A DNA stretch of 64,000 nucleotides from positions 605,059 through 669,058 of the forward strand of contig OZ199838.1 in assembly GCA_964304625.1 (NCBI GenBank). Reading direction: 5' to 3'. Below are positions 1-14,119 of this stretch, piece after piece (the stretch's first letter is position 1; each line of letters opens with the position of its first letter). The stretch is from Kudoa neothunni (taxonomy: Eukaryota; Animalia; Cnidaria). The translations under genes were made by a program, and so were the position numbers. The notes beneath the pieces are model-generated. The model had not been told where the DNA came from. It worked only from the letters and a program-made list of their open reading frames with translations, and ran no database searches.

Positions 1-269
1 CGAGAGAATAATGTAATTATTATTTAGTAGTATCCCAATTTATAATCAAATAAAAAATTAACGAGTTATTTTGCTATTACGCAATATCCAGGCACAACTG
101 TATCAATTTTTTATATCGTAGAAAAATTTTCTCCAATCTTATGTATTTAGAGTATTAAATCGTTTCGATTACTAATTCACGTTATAATTGTTGTCAAAAG
201 AAAATTCTTCCCCCTTCATAGACAACTTTTTAATCCATACTATAATAATTAATTTTGTAATTATCTTAG

Positions 270-1210
270 ATCACTGAATTGGCTGGTGATGACCTTGAAA
301 AATATTATAAAGCTCTCGATAAGTATCTAACCGTAAAATGTATTCCTAATAAATTCTTGATTTAGCGCTATTATGAAATTTCATTCTATTAAAATGACCG
401 AAATTAATAAGCTTATAAAAGAGTACTGGATGCGTACCTACCAAGGAAACGGTATTTTAGTTATGCTTGTCTATTCGGAGGAATCAATGTATACAATTTA
501 GACATTACCACCATAGAAATACGTTCTGAACAAGACACTTCATCAAATTCAATAAATGCCAGAAGAATCTACAACTATAAGGTTGTTTTAACGATCAATT
601 CACATTTAAATTTGCTATCATAACACACAGTTACACAATGTTTTAATTTAGGTTGTGATGATTAAAAATGGAATTAGCTTGGATATGCGAGGTCGTTGCA
701 GTTCAGGACAAAAGGTAATGATTCACTTTTCAAAATTTCTATTAATATTCCACATGAATTTTACCACTGATCAAATATATTGATATTGATAGATGTTGGC
801 ATCTATTATTATTCGACTTGCCTTAGCTGAGACATTCTGCTCCAGTTGTGGTGTGATTACGTTGGATGAACCTACAACTAATCTCGACCAAACGCACATT
901 CGAGAACTCTCAAAGTCACTCGTCGAGTATTGGCTGGCTATGTTTAATTAAATTTTAATCTCAGTTCTGATATGTTGTTGAATTAGATTAGCAGATTCCC
1001 GTCGCCACAACACTTCATTTCAACTTTTAGTTATTACTCACGATGAAGAATTTGTGAATACCCTTTGTCGAGCTAATCTCACCAATTTTTATTATCAAAT
1101 ATCAAAAGATGAAAAGTACGTAACTATCAATAGTTTCTCATGGTGATATCCCTTTGTTTAGTGGTTATTCGAAAATAAGTCGTTTAGATGTTGATCATCT
1201 ATTTGAGTAG
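270..1210 (+). CDS. RAD50: DNA repair protein RAD50, 3' part (7 exons; gene begins upstream)
   Basis: Introns at 323-365, 452-501, 582-651, 715-792, 927-986, 1116-1161 give [24 protein letters not shown]...[44 protein letters not shown]...[12 protein letters not shown] (ABC signature, Walker B/D-loop, H-loop); stop TAG 1208-1210. Confidence 0.97.
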
Positions 1211-3060
1211 AACGTGATCTTAACATTATTTCTACTGATAAATAAATCGTATTGAAAGAAGTGGTCTTATCATTATTAAAATCTTTAATCATTCTTGTTG
1301 GATTTTAATTTGATTTCTGTGTTTCATTGTACTTTTTAATAAAATAATCAGCGATACTTGTCGTAACAAAAATGTATATTTATTTGATTATATGATTATT
1401 CGATTATTCATTATTGAATGGGATTTTATTCACTTTATATAATATAAATTGCACAGAAAATATAACCTATATACGAACGCTTTAAATTTAAACGACATTT
1501 TGATAAATAATGATTCACATATTAAGATTAATATATTGGTGTTAATCCATTGATCGCAGAAAAAATTTATATTGGTTTAAAATAAATAAGTATATATATA
1601 CAATCAAAATTGCTTATTGCACACTTTTTTCAAGGGAAATGAAACATGGCGCGAAAACAACGCATTCTTCGTTTTTATATAAAATATTTAGCATTTTTGA
1701 TATTTTTATTGTATTTTAAAAGAATAAATTATTAGATCAAATACACGAGAAACTTGTAAATAATAAATATTTCATTCATTTTTCTATTACCATGAATCAA
1801 ATAGTTTTTAATCTATACGCGAATTCATGTAGTTACCCCCTTATGCAAGATATTTTAAAAAGTAACTTCATCGACCGAATACGTTATAACGAAATAAATA
1901 GTTTACTCTAGTTTTAATTATTTGATCCCATGATACAATATTTTTTTACCAAATTTCCACAAGGATTCTACTTATTCTACTTGTGATGATAAAATAGAGC
2001 AGCCTATCTACATTTAGTATTATTTAATAATTATTATCTGTCGTGATATTAAAGACATTTTTAAACTCTGAGATTGTATATTCAACATTCACATTTGCGA
2101 ATTCTTCTACCTCTTAGATTATATCAACCGTATGTACACTTTTGGTTGGTCTTTGATACCAACAAAATTATTTGCATTTGAGGAATTATTATTAAAATTT
2201 ATTACATAGTTATGTTTTTTTAAATTATCTTATCACTGTTTTCAAACACTTTCAGAAAATCTCACCATATTAGAAATTGAAATCTGAATTTTAGCGGATT
2301 AACTAGATTAAAAATGGACATGATTCTTATGCTAAGACAAATCTCTAAAATTCGCCTATGTTATATGCTATAACATGTACTAAATTTAATTTGCTATCAT
2401 ATTAATTTTTTAAATGTGCAATCAGATCATTCTAAGCATTTTCGAATTAAACACAAAACTGTGGAAAAACATCAACTACACAATACCGTCTTTAAGTTTA
2501 AAATACTCTTATTAAAAATACATATAGTAAGAAATACAATTTATAAATTATTAAATTACATTATTTCCACAATTAATGCATGATTTATAGAATATATCCT
2601 TTTTAATTTTAGTGCGTATCTTATTGATTGAATTAAAATTTTATCGACTAAATATTATTGTTATCATTATTATAAATAGTTCAAAAAATTCAGTTAATAA
2701 TAGATAAATAATGGGCATTGAATAGAAAAACTTAAATGTTGGCGCTGTATATATAAATAGCTATATTACCGCATGTTTTTATCGTAAACCTTATATTTGG
2801 CTAGAAATATGTTGACCACGTTATAGAAATTGAACGATGAAAGTACACAAGAAAGTAATAATTAATAAACTGTAATTTAAATGAAAAACATCTGCTTAAA
2901 AAGGTTAGTTAACCCTCCGGGGAGGAAGGGGGTGCATTATGCATCCCAATTTTTGTATTTTTAGAAAATGAAATCACTACCTTATATTCATCGAAATCTC
3001 TCAATATAATTCACTGCCTTGTTTAATAAATTCAGAGTATTTAGTTTGAATGAAATTGGC

Positions 3061-5749
3061 TTAATCCTCGAATACCTGGAAAAAAAAGTTACGCGAATGC
3101 CTGAAGAGGACCGCTGTGGTCCTATGCAATTTAATCGTAGTATAATTATATTTGAAACCATTTGACTATAAAGATAATTAAAACAATAGAAAAGATTGTT
3201 TTAAGTTAAAACAAGAGTAAAAAAAATTTAATTAAAAACATTAAAATCAAATTTTGTTAGGCGCGCGCATTAAAAAAATAAATGATTTGCAAATATATAC
3301 TTACATAAAATCGATATCGTGTAAAAGAAACAAAATAACATTAGTTCATATAATTTTTGTATTTAAATAAATTTATAACTTTAAAAATTGTTATTTTATG
3401 ATTGTAATTAGCGGTTTAATTTAAATGGTGTTTTGATTTATTGGCAAAAAACCAATATAATAAAAATATAATCAATAAATTATTTTGATTATAACTACAA
3501 ATGATAATTTGATATAAAAAATAATTTAATATTTTACAACATGAAAATGAAATACATGTTTAAACTATTCATAACATCTCATTATAATGACATTAAGTCT
3601 AATCGTTCTGTCTAAAATCCAAATAGGTAAATTGAGCAAATAAGATATATTTTATAGATATAATCAAATTTAATAAAAAAAATTTAAGTGCGTTTAAAAA
3701 TAGAGCGAAAAAAAGTAGATAAATAATAAAATATATTTTATTTTTTGTTCCACAAATCGCATTCTACACTCTCAATTCAGTGATTTTAGCAGACATATTT
3801 GCTGCAATTTGAGCAAATTCTCCCGCTTTTCTTCTTATTCATTGAGCGAATATGGTATGTACCTCTTTCAGAAGGAGGTTCCTTCCTTTTTGTTGGGATC
3901 GTTTCAAAATTGATATCATCGTTTCCTAGCAATTCTTCCACTAAAATTTTTAAAAATTCTCTTGGGGATTGTTTTTTTTATGAGCATTTTTGAATTGCGG
4001 GTTTCCATAAACATACCGGAGATATGCATTATAGGCGGATATATCGATGATGTTAAAGAAAATCGCCAACAACGAGTGGCTTTTTTGGTGGAATAGCCGC
4101 GGACAATTTGGTCAAGCATATCAACCCCTCCTTTAGTTTGGTTGTAATATTTTATGATCTCTGGTTTTTTCCACTCAGGATCAATATCACAATCTCGATG
4201 TGTGGAGCTTAAAAGTACCACAGATCTCTTTTTCTTGGGATTGTGTTTTACCAACGTAAATTTATCCTGAAATAAAAATCTCACATCGTTTGGTAGTTTG
4301 GTATTCCCATTGATGATTGAAATTCAGGGATGAGAAATGTTTTATTTTTACGGACAGTCTCTACAATTGTCGTTTTATGAGACATTAAGTATCTCGCAAC
4401 TGACAATGTGGTAAAAAATTGTTCGTGGTAAAATTACGACCTTTTTTTAAATGATGCAACCAAATCCTTTACCACATTTTCACCCTTCACCTTGGTTTCA
4501 ACAACACCGTTCTCTCTGCCAAAATATATCTTTGCATTGCATAGATATGCGTTTGTGCATCACACAATGCCCATACTTTTATCCCATACTTTCCAGGATT
4601 AGACGTTAGAAGGAATGATCATTTTGAAGGGGCAACGACCTCTGAATGTGACAAGCTGTTCATCCACAGTCAATTGGGATGGTGGGTTGTAACTTTCTTT
4701 ACACGTCTTTATAAACTCATCAAATATATATATGATGGGGCAAGTTTATCCTCTCAATCCCTGGTTCTTCACTTGTCGAATCTGAGACCAGTTGCAAAAT
4801 CTTCAAAGTGATTACTTGTGATTTTTGCAATTAGTGATTGAAGGCCATATTTTTTAGTCCAAAATTCTTGGACGTTTGAATTTTTTCTTTTCTTTACGTA
4901 AATTAATAAGATAGCTTCCAAAAAACATTCAACTCAGCCATATTTATCTTTTTTATATTTGTTTTTTTCTTGTTCAATAAATTTGTTGGTACAATATTGA
5001 ATCTCTTCCAACATTTTATTGGTCAAAAAATTATTAAAAGCCCTCATGGGAGTTTGGCCATTCCGGAATGATTTATTTGTAAATGCCGCTTTTACATTAT
5101 ACATATTTTCCATTGTTGGCCTCCTTTCAATTCTGGTTGAAATTTTATGCCATTTTCTCCATCTTTGGAGACAGCAAAAGGAACATGGGTCATATCTTCA
5201 ATGCTCGCATCGCTATCGTAAGCATCATCATCGTCATTGTTGACTGGCTCATTAATTATTTCATCCAAGTCCTCCGAACCACCTTCAATGTATAGTGTAT
5301 CGTCAGCGCTATCACAATCGTCCTCAAAAAAATATGTTTACCTCAGAATTCATTTTATAAGCAAATGTCTTGTTGAGCGCGCAAAATTGTCATAAATAAA
5401 TTCAATTTATATTTTCGATTAAACATATAATTAGCCATAAATAGTTTTTGAATATTTTAAATTGCTTATGAAATACAATATTAAATTTAAAATGATGTAA
5501 TTATAGTACAAAATATTAATTTCGTTAATAATTACACGTGGACCCTAATGGTCCATCTCAGGTATTTACGTAACTTTTTTGTGTACTTATTTACACAAAA
5601 ATTCTCAAACTTTCAGCTCTATTATTTTATGATGTAATAAAGCATAATTACATCGTAAAATAGGAATACATAAAAAAGTTTAAAAAAATGTATGCAAAAA
5701 GAATAAAAATGTTATCTCTCGTGGTCCAACCCAAGAATTCGAGGGTTAA
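3061..5749 (-). mobile_element. piggyBac transposon with frameshifted transposase, nested in the outer element
   Basis: TTAA at both ends; TIR TCCTCGAATACCTGG vs CCCTCGAATTCTTGG; asymmetric subterminal inverted repeats (about 3082-3122 and 5540-5580); ORF 3916-4284 has VVLLSSTH and KPEIIKYYNQTKGGVDMLDQ; TVDEQLVTFRGRCPF near 4630-4670. Confidence 0.93.
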
Positions 5750-5949
5750 TAAAACTCTTTAAAAAAGATGACTAACGTCAACTTGAAATATCGTTAGAAA
5801 GATACTTGATGATGTATAATTAATTTTCACATTTATAAGACTCAATAAAATCTGTTAGAACCTTGAGAAATCATAATTTTAACTTAAGTCGACAGAGACC
5901 ATTGGGTGATGAAATTGGATTAATTTAAGACACACCGCATTGATAATTT

Positions 5950-6400
5950 TTCTTTTTTTTTGCAGGTACGTTTATTTTTATATCATCAACAGACTTCCAT
6001 GATAATGCATAATGCTATTGAGCGATCATACAAAATCGACTCTAAAATTATTAGCGATTATAATCAAATCAAAAAGGGTTTGTCAGTGGTGATCGAATGG
6101 TGCAACGATACAGATGTGTCTGTACAACGAGAAGATGCCATTTCAGGAGGTTTGTGGACCATATCGGTGTACCAGCATTTAACTATTGTATAATATGTGT
6201 ATCAACATTTCCAGAGTGATGAACAAGTGATCAAATAGATGAAAATATTTTCTTCGAGAACATGCATTGGAAACCAAAAAATCAAATATTTTGGGTTGTC
6301 AAAGTTTAGGAAATATTTATTATTCCCATATTAAAATTAAATTTGTATTATTTAACAAATGCATGAGGGATGACCCAACATCTATTTCTAAAGAAATAAT
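5950..6400 (+). pseudogene. piggyBac transposase C-terminal fragment
   Basis: KIISDYNQIKKG then, after a frameshift, VVDRMVQRYRCVCTTRR, matching the YN.TKGGVD..DQ....Y....TRRW block. Confidence 0.6.
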
Positions 6401-7552
6401 TTTAATCCTAGTACTATGAAGATACACTCACTGTTCGAGGAATATTGACAAAAAGACCAAAATTTCGCCCTAAATATTCAAAAAACCTGAATGTCGTTCT
6501 CATTAATTTAAAAAATGAATTTAGAATATCCTAATTTCAATTTGAAATCAAACTTATGTTCATAAAATGATTTTACCTTAATATATCTATTTAAATTACG
6601 GACTACATTGAGGATAAATATTATTTGAATGTAAGATATTCATTTATATTCAGAATATGACGAAATGTACAAAGCGAAAAAATAATTCTTTATTCAAATT
6701 TATGATAATTAATGTAAACAAGTTTTTGATCGATTTATTTATTCGCGGGTTTTTTATTTTGCGTTAAAAACTCACTTTTACTAATAAAGCAACAGCTAAC
6801 GATAATATAATACGTTGTAGGAGGTAATATGCAAGTAACTCAAAAATACTTTATTACTACCACTCAGTTTAGTGTATGTATACACATGTAATTAATCTTA
6901 TGTTTCCTTCACTATTTCTCATTAATGAATATTTTTCTTATCCAATTATTAGATTTAAAATTATTTTTAAAATGTAATTGCCTGATTGAATACGAAATCT
7001 TTTCTAAATTAAACTCATTATTCAGCTATGAGATTGACCGGAATAATCGGTAATCTACAACCGCTAAGTTTTCTCGCGGTACGATGGAGTTGAGAAACAA
7101 ACATTGAAGTTGAACGTTGACTCCTCTAAGAGGTCATTCGGAGTTTTATTTTGTTGAAAAATACACTCCTGTCGAATATGTAGCTGATTCGTCGTTTCTT
7201 TCGTGAATCATGATTATCAATTAAATGCGTGTTTTTTACTATATTGCTGTTATTTTTACTTTTTTTTATTTTTTTAATGTTAAAATAATTAACAATCATA
7301 TGAAATGACTTATTTTGACAAATAGGTGCAATAGTATGAAAATTTTCGGAGGTGCATAATGCACCCCCTTCGTCACCTGAGTTAGCCATTGGAGCTCCGT
7401 CCTCCGATGGTTAATAATGTGAATAAGTTCATTTTTTGCCTTATCATTTAATGATTTTGAATGCGTAAAAATATCTCATGTATTTATCAGTTGTATAGAT
7501 ATTATTATCTCTGTTCTTTATTTTGTATGACATTGATAGAAAATTTTGTCTA

Positions 7553-10470
7553 TTATTTAAATAAAGATAATGGTATTTGCTTCGCGTTGCTAAATTGTTG
7601 TTAACAAAATGCTGCCAAATATTATTTCATACCTGTGTATGGATTTTTTTTTTGTTAACGTATTGCTATGTTTTTTAGAGTTATAGATATTAAAATCAAT
7701 GATAATTAATATTATCAGCCCGATAATAAAAATTATTAACGATGCCCAAGCTATGAAAAATGATGGACCAAGTTGGACACCTGATCGCTTCACATCATTG
7801 ATGATCATATGAGTTATTAGTGAATTGATAGTGAACGACAATATCACTAAACATAATCGACAATGTCTTCAGTAATAAATCTTACCACATAAGAAGAGAC
7901 AACAAGTTTGATAAAGATAAATAATTGAACAAAAAATGGAAGACGGCGTTAACATCAGCAACAATGCGAGAAATGATATTTGGATTACGACGGCCAATTT
8001 AATAGAAAAAGTTTTGTTATATTTGATGCTTACTACAATAAAAAGTGGATTATGGAATGCAATAATAAGAAATATCACTCAAATCCTCATTGATCGCCAC
8101 ATAAATCAACTTTCCCAATTGCCCTAGTAAATATTTGTTAATACAAATCTTTACCCATTTTTTTCATTAATAAGACAAATAAAATAGTTTATAGAAATTG
8201 AACATTACATGAATTAACTTGTTTTGTCTCTAAAATTTATTGAGGGTTAATACTCAATATCCATGGGTTGATCAAAAAATATCGAGACTTTTTAAATAAA
8301 AATATATATGCAAAAATCTAATATAATTTTTTAAATCTCTCTCAAAATACTCTCCATCCGTATCAATACATTTTTTCCAGCGTGGCTTCCGCTGAAGGTA
8401 GCATTCTGTTCTATTTCTTCAATGGAATCTACTCCCTTTAAGTTGGAATTTAATTTTTGGGAACAGAAAGAAGTGACATGGAGCAAGATCTGGTGAGTAC
8501 GCAGAATGCTGTTATTGAGGAACGATCATGTTGGATAAAAAATTTTGAATTTTTAATGAGTAGTCTGAGGGGCATTATTGTGATGCAGTATCCATCGTCC
8601 CGAGGAATGCATATGGATCGTTTACGACGAATAACATCCCATAAATTCCGCCAAACTTTGAGGTAGAACTCAATTGTAACTATACAAGCTTCAGGTGCAT
8701 ATCCATAATAAATTATCCCCTGAATATCATGAAATATTGTGAGAAATACTTCAATTTCACTCCGAACTTGGCGGACGTTCTTGGTCTGGGTGACGATGGT
8801 CTTTTCCATTTGGAAGATTGAACTTTTATTTGGGAATCATAACCATAAGCCCATGTTTCATCGTCTTTTATGATAAAATTCTTGAATTCATTGTCTGTTG
8901 ATGAACGTTGAAACAGATCTTCTGAAGTAATAAGCCGCAATTATTTTTGTTAGAACGTGAGCTCTTGCGAGATAAATTTGGCGGCAAATCTTCTCATACG
9001 AAGATGATCATTAAAAATAGCTTGAAATGACCCAAAATATATTCAAAAATCGTTGGAGATTTCCCTAATAATAAATCTACGTTCGGAATCGATCATATCC
9101 ATAACTTCATTAATATTTTCACGATATCTGTTAGTTAAATGTCGACCAGAACGATCCAAACTATCAATAGAATTTCTTGCTTGTTAATTATTTATTCTTT
9201 ACATCGTTTATGCCACTCATAGACACTAATTCTACACATGGATTTGTTCAAAATTCTTTTTGAATCATTTCATAAGTGTCGGTATTGCTTTCTCTAGTTT
9301 ACACAGAATTTATTACAAATCTCTGCTCGTGGTTTTGTGATCGTGTGCAAAAATAATAATAATAAAAACAAGTTTCATATCGCAATAACATTATGATTTG
9401 AGATTATTGTAATTTTTATTTCTATTTTTTAGATATCGATTCCAGATAAAATTTAGAATAATATTTGTTATTGTTTGATGGTATTAATTTGATATTTTCT
9501 TTTTAAAAAGATATTTCGCAATACTGAAATGATAAGACCCGTTTCTAACACGTTTTTCACGTCTCTTATATTTAGTTGAATTAGATATGTGGTCATTACT
9601 TAAAAATAACAAGTATTCAAGAATTTATCCCTCCTGTCTGTGTTTTTATAATGATATAACATTGTTGTGTGTTTTTGATCCCCATTAAAAAAGCGAAAAT
9701 CATTTAAAATAAAAAGAAATCACAATCTTAACATGAAATATAACAAGCCATATATTCCAAATCAACTTTATAAGAGCTTTACACGCAATAAAGTTTAGAC
9801 TACTTGTGACCATGTCATTTTGGACATTCTCGCGAGCGACATCGACCCATTTCGCGACTTAAACAGCTAACTGCCATATTTTATTATTTATTTGTTAAAT
9901 TTTCTTCGAAATAATATGCGAATACATATTTTTTATAACATTCTATTTTTAGAAAATTACATCTTTTTCATTCGAGGAGATATTTCAAATTTCTCGATAC
10001 TTTTTGATCCGCCTATGTATTTACCTTACTTGTGTAGATTGGATAGTACGTTGCTTTTTGGAAGACATCATTTAGTCGTTTTTCTATAATTGGTTTATGG
10101 AGAATAAACAAATTCACTAACCATTGAGATGACCGAGAATGGAGGAATCGTCATCAGCTTGAATAAGATATAGCAATAAACAAAAATATTATCCATAATA
10201 ATCACTGTCCATTGGATATGCGAGTGAGGTGAAGCAATACTGTTGATGGCCCAGAACGTAACACCCCGCCAAGATACCTGCCTGAAATGGAACGTTGTGG
10301 GTGTTACTAATGTACGTTTGAATAAAACTTTGACTGAACCAACCAATAAGAGACATTATTAACGATATTGTTATTAATAACAGTCCAATATATCTAAATT
10401 TAATCAAATGTACACAGTAAATATAAGCAAAAATAAACAATACCAACCTGCATACCAATGAACTAAACAT
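7553..10470 (-). CDS. Claudin/PMP22/EMP-like four-transmembrane protein with extended first extracellular loop
   Basis: Exons 10448-10470, 10206-10393, 10122-10157, 10030-10083, 8079-8123, 7886-8032, about 7633-7846, 7553-7589 give an open frame with 4 hydrophobic helices, a GILAGC...C motif (claudin GLW-C-C like) and LGPSFFIAWAS before TM4. Last intron uncertain (alternative stop at 7590). Confidence 0.72.
8262..10017 (-). mobile_element. mariner (DD34D) transposon, decayed, inside the claudin-like gene's intron 8124-10029
   Basis: TIRs CATGGGTTGATCAAAAAATATCGAGA / CATAGGCGGATCAAAAAGTATCGAGA (22/26); TA at 10018-10019; motifs KDDETWAYGYD, HNNAP and YSPDLAPCHF in shifted frames. Confidence 0.92.
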
Positions 10471-10787
10471 TTAATTTGTTACAATCTCTCGCATTAACGA
10501 ATTCTTGAAAATTTACAGATTATGTCAAATAGGTATGAATAAATAAAATCATATCATTTCCTCATTAACACCATAGTTAGAATGTAAATTACTTTGTTTA
10601 GAGTAAACTAACAATCTCAGAATATAATATTATTCTAAATTTTACTGTATTTCGATAATAATAATAATAGGAAGAAATATATTAGAAGTTAACTAATAAC
10701 AGTTAGAACCAATTAAATTGTCATTTGAGTTCATAATGCACAAAAAATGGCTCGTAACAAGATTAAAGGATTGTTAAATAGACAAAA

Positions 10788-10794
10788 ATAAATA

Positions 10795-10825
<31 letters not shown>

Positions 10826-10827
10826 CA
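10788..10827. repeat. (AATA/AATC)n microsatellite
   Basis: aaataaataaatcaatcaatcaataaatcaatcaatcaatca read directly. Confidence 0.85.
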
Positions 10828-11593
10828 TGTATAATGTATAAAAGAGTTTTTAATTTTCTGCTGAATTTTATTAATATTCTAATGAAATAATTTAATTCGT
10901 TTGTGAAATCTGATAATTTATGATAAAATCTAAATTTATAAAAGGTAATTATTTACGAAATGTGTCAAAATTCCATAATCACCACCAAATATTGAAAAAA
11001 TAAAAATTTATTTAATTCGATTACAATAAGGTTAATATTAGAAATAAATTAAAAATATCAAAAGAATGATAATTTATATAAATAAAAATTTAACCACTTT
11101 AAGCGATTAAGTTATATTTTCTAATATTAATTCATTATATATATATATATATAATCATGGTTTTAGATTGCTTCTTAATGCGACTTATCTGAATTGAATA
11201 TGCCAATCAGCGATTTTTTTAATTTAAGAAATTATACGAATTGTGTGTTAGAAAATTACCAACAATAATCCAATAAAAACTCATGACAATCCTTTGGTTT
11301 CGCTGGAAAAGTTATAATTGGTTTTTACAAATTTTAATTATTATATTAGAACCGTATTATAGTTAGAATATACGCCAAAATAAATTAAAAAGATAAATCA
11401 ACGTAAACAAATTAAACTATAAACAAAAATTTAATATATTAGGAGAGATTAAATATTTTATTCATCCTTCAAAATAATTTTGTAGATTTAGAGGGGAAAA
11501 TACTCGAAATAACTTAGATGGCTATTCATAGGAGGGTTTGTAAGATTTTTAAAATTTGAAGTTATAACATTCAGTTGGATTGATCGCGAATTT

Positions 11594-12475
11594 TTAATTT
11601 TCTGAGCGACTCAGAATCGACTATCCGCTTGGTGCTTTTGGGGTCAAATTGTCCGCTGGCTTTTATTACATCGTTAAATACAATAAATAGTTACGTAATC
11701 AAATGTAAAATTAAATAAAAGCTCATCGAAAATCTTCTGTTATATTTTCATCTAGATTCACATTGTGTGTATACAAACTAGTTTGAATTCGGGTAATTTT
11801 GTTGGCGCAATATGTCTTTGTCGACTCGGACTTCATTGTAACGAATTAATGTGATAAATCAATTGTTGATGTGTAAATGATATAATTTCTCTTTTTAATA
11901 AAAATATTGATAAATTAAGTTCATTTACAACGTGAGTAACGAATTAGTTTCCTTCAGTTGGTAACTAATATGTCGTAATACTTCCGGTGTCAGGGAAAAC
12001 GTAGAAATTGACACTTAACCCCTTTATTTCAATTTGAATCGCACATAAACAATATGATTTGTTTATATTGGCTTTTGGATGTAATACAGACTATAAACAT
12101 TAGTCTTCTCGCAAAACACATTCAATTCTTCATTTTTATCGTCAGATCCACCAGAATTTGAATTTAGATAATTAAAATAAGTGACATAAAATAATTTGTT
12201 TGAATCGTTCCCATAATAAGTGAGAAAAACCTCATCGCGATCTTCCTTAAGCTTTTGTCAGCATGCTTTGAGTAAATTCTTTTGAATGGTGCGGTAAAAC
12301 GGATGCATCCATGTCTTTGCGTTTGACCTCGTTTTCATGTTTTCCTTATTTCCTCAATATTCAGCTTTCAGGATTTAACCAAACTCAATCATTCATTTCT
12401 TTAAAAATTCTATAATAATTTAAAGCAATAACAACCTTGGGTTCAATTTGACCCCAGAAACGCTCAGAAGATTAA
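11594..12475. mobile_element. Non-autonomous piggyBac-like element
   Basis: TTAA-TTTTCTGAGCG at left, CGCTCAGAAGA-TTAA at right; inner inverted motif GGGGTCAAATTG / CAATTTGACCCC. Confidence 0.8.
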
Positions 12476-12581
12476 GAAAGAAGAGAGATCGATCTTGCAT
12501 CAGCTTTCCAATGGATCATCTTCACGTAGAGAAAAATTCACGATTCAATGTACTGTGTATTTATGTATAGTCTTATTTAGC

Positions 12582-13633
12582 ATAACTCTCCGAACCCCAA
12601 TGTAGCCAAATGGCAACATTTTAATTTTGTGAGTGTTTAAACCATTTAATTATGTTTTTTAAATATATCTTTGTTATAATAGTATAGCTAATGTTGATTT
12701 AATTTTTTATAAATGAATTATAAAAAGTTGTATGTTTTATATCACGAGTAATACAGATGAATATCTAGCTCTATGGCAAGTATAAAAAAGCAAAGTATTC
12801 TGCAATTGAACTTGAAATTTTGATGTTTCAGTAAAATTCAAAAATAGTCACGTATAGTAATAATTAAGTTTATTCCAAAAATGATTATAAGAAGAAAATA
12901 TTTTTTGATATGTGTATTATAGGGTCAGATTAATCTATGTTGCCATTTGGCACATTAAGCCCTCAATTTAAGTGTTTATACTCATTGGAATGGATTCTGA
13001 CTAAATTGAGAGGAGGGATAAATAGAAAATATTTTTAAAGAATCATATTATTATCAGGTGGAAACAAATCAGACGTTGGGCCGGAATTCGATTCCATTAT
13101 GTATAGCCAATATGAATGTATTTTATCCGAATACAGTTCTAGTGATGGGGAATAAGATGACTACCGTTTAAATTATAAAATTAGCGCCAAAAATTAAATA
13201 AACAATGATATTGAAACAACTGATATTTTTGAACAAGTTGAGGATATTATATGTGAATGTTTCATTTATTTCAACCGATTCTCCAATGATAGATTATTTG
13301 AACATAATTGCATCAAGCGTAATGTCCATTTGTGTCTCAATTAAAACAAAAACTACTTTTTGGACTATTTAAATTGTTGTCAATAATTTAACATTTCATT
13401 TCTGATTGAGGAAGGGCACATTTTTTAGCTAATAACAAAGTAACATAAAAACATACACATTCCCGCATATGAAAATAAGCCGCGTCCCAGCATTGCCATT
13501 TGGCATCATGTGTGTATCTATTTAATTTTTGAAATGATTGCTCCAATTTTTGGATATTACATATAAAATTATTTAAAATTTAACAAATGAGAAACAAAAT
13601 TTTGTTCAGTCACTGAATTAAATTCAGAGTTAA
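12582..13633 (+). mobile_element. Internally deleted piggyBac element
   Basis: Ends ATAA-CTCTCCGAA / TTCAGAG-TTAA; repeated palindrome TGCCA(A/T)(A/T)TGGCA; C-terminal Cys-rich remnant CIKRNVHLCLN...FLDY near 13308-13370; related palindrome in element 45775-48108. Confidence 0.7.
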
Positions 13634-14119
13634 TTAGACGTTTAATCTAAGTTGTCGTTTTGGATGCACTATATAATAAAAGATTCGTCCAACAAAAAAA
13701 CCATAGAAGAGATGAATTTCAATAATGGTAGCAATGTTAGAACCAGTGTTTTCATTAGGCTCATCTCATCTCATGACTACTACTACTAATATTATTATAT
13801 TAAAAAATAAAGTGAGGGTTGCCAGCTATATTGTCTACGATGTTTATGATGTAGACATGACTACAGTGCAACCTCGGAATTCGATAAAATTTCTCAAATT
13901 CGAAACACTTATTAATTCAAACACATATAAGGAGTATTCAGAACAAATCCAGTTCGAGAAAAAAAAGAAAAGAAAATAAATTGAGAAGGATATTCGCTCA
14001 ATCAAATTGTGCGAACGTCATCGAAAGAGATCCCATTTAAATCTATCGTATGACAACCAAAAACTATTTGTCCTATGTAACATGTAGATTAGAAGTGTTG
14101 GGATCCACCAATCATATGT

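Larger units (their letters stand above)
2909..7414. mobile_element. Outer degenerate piggyBac-type element (host of nested insertions)
   Basis: TTAA-CCCTCCGG...GAAGGGGGTGCATTATGCA at 2909-2945 is the inverted repeat of GGTGCATAATGCACCCCCTTC (about 7351-7371) and ...CCTCCGATGG-TTAA (7411-7414). Confidence 0.7.

Noticed and set aside
8030-8125. Apparent in-frame TGA codons suggesting TGA = Trp in the claudin-like gene
   Set aside because: A 45 nt exon plus a 46 nt GT-AG intron (8033-8078) gives an open frame; TGA is a normal stop in CCDC6, ROGDI and paralogue B.
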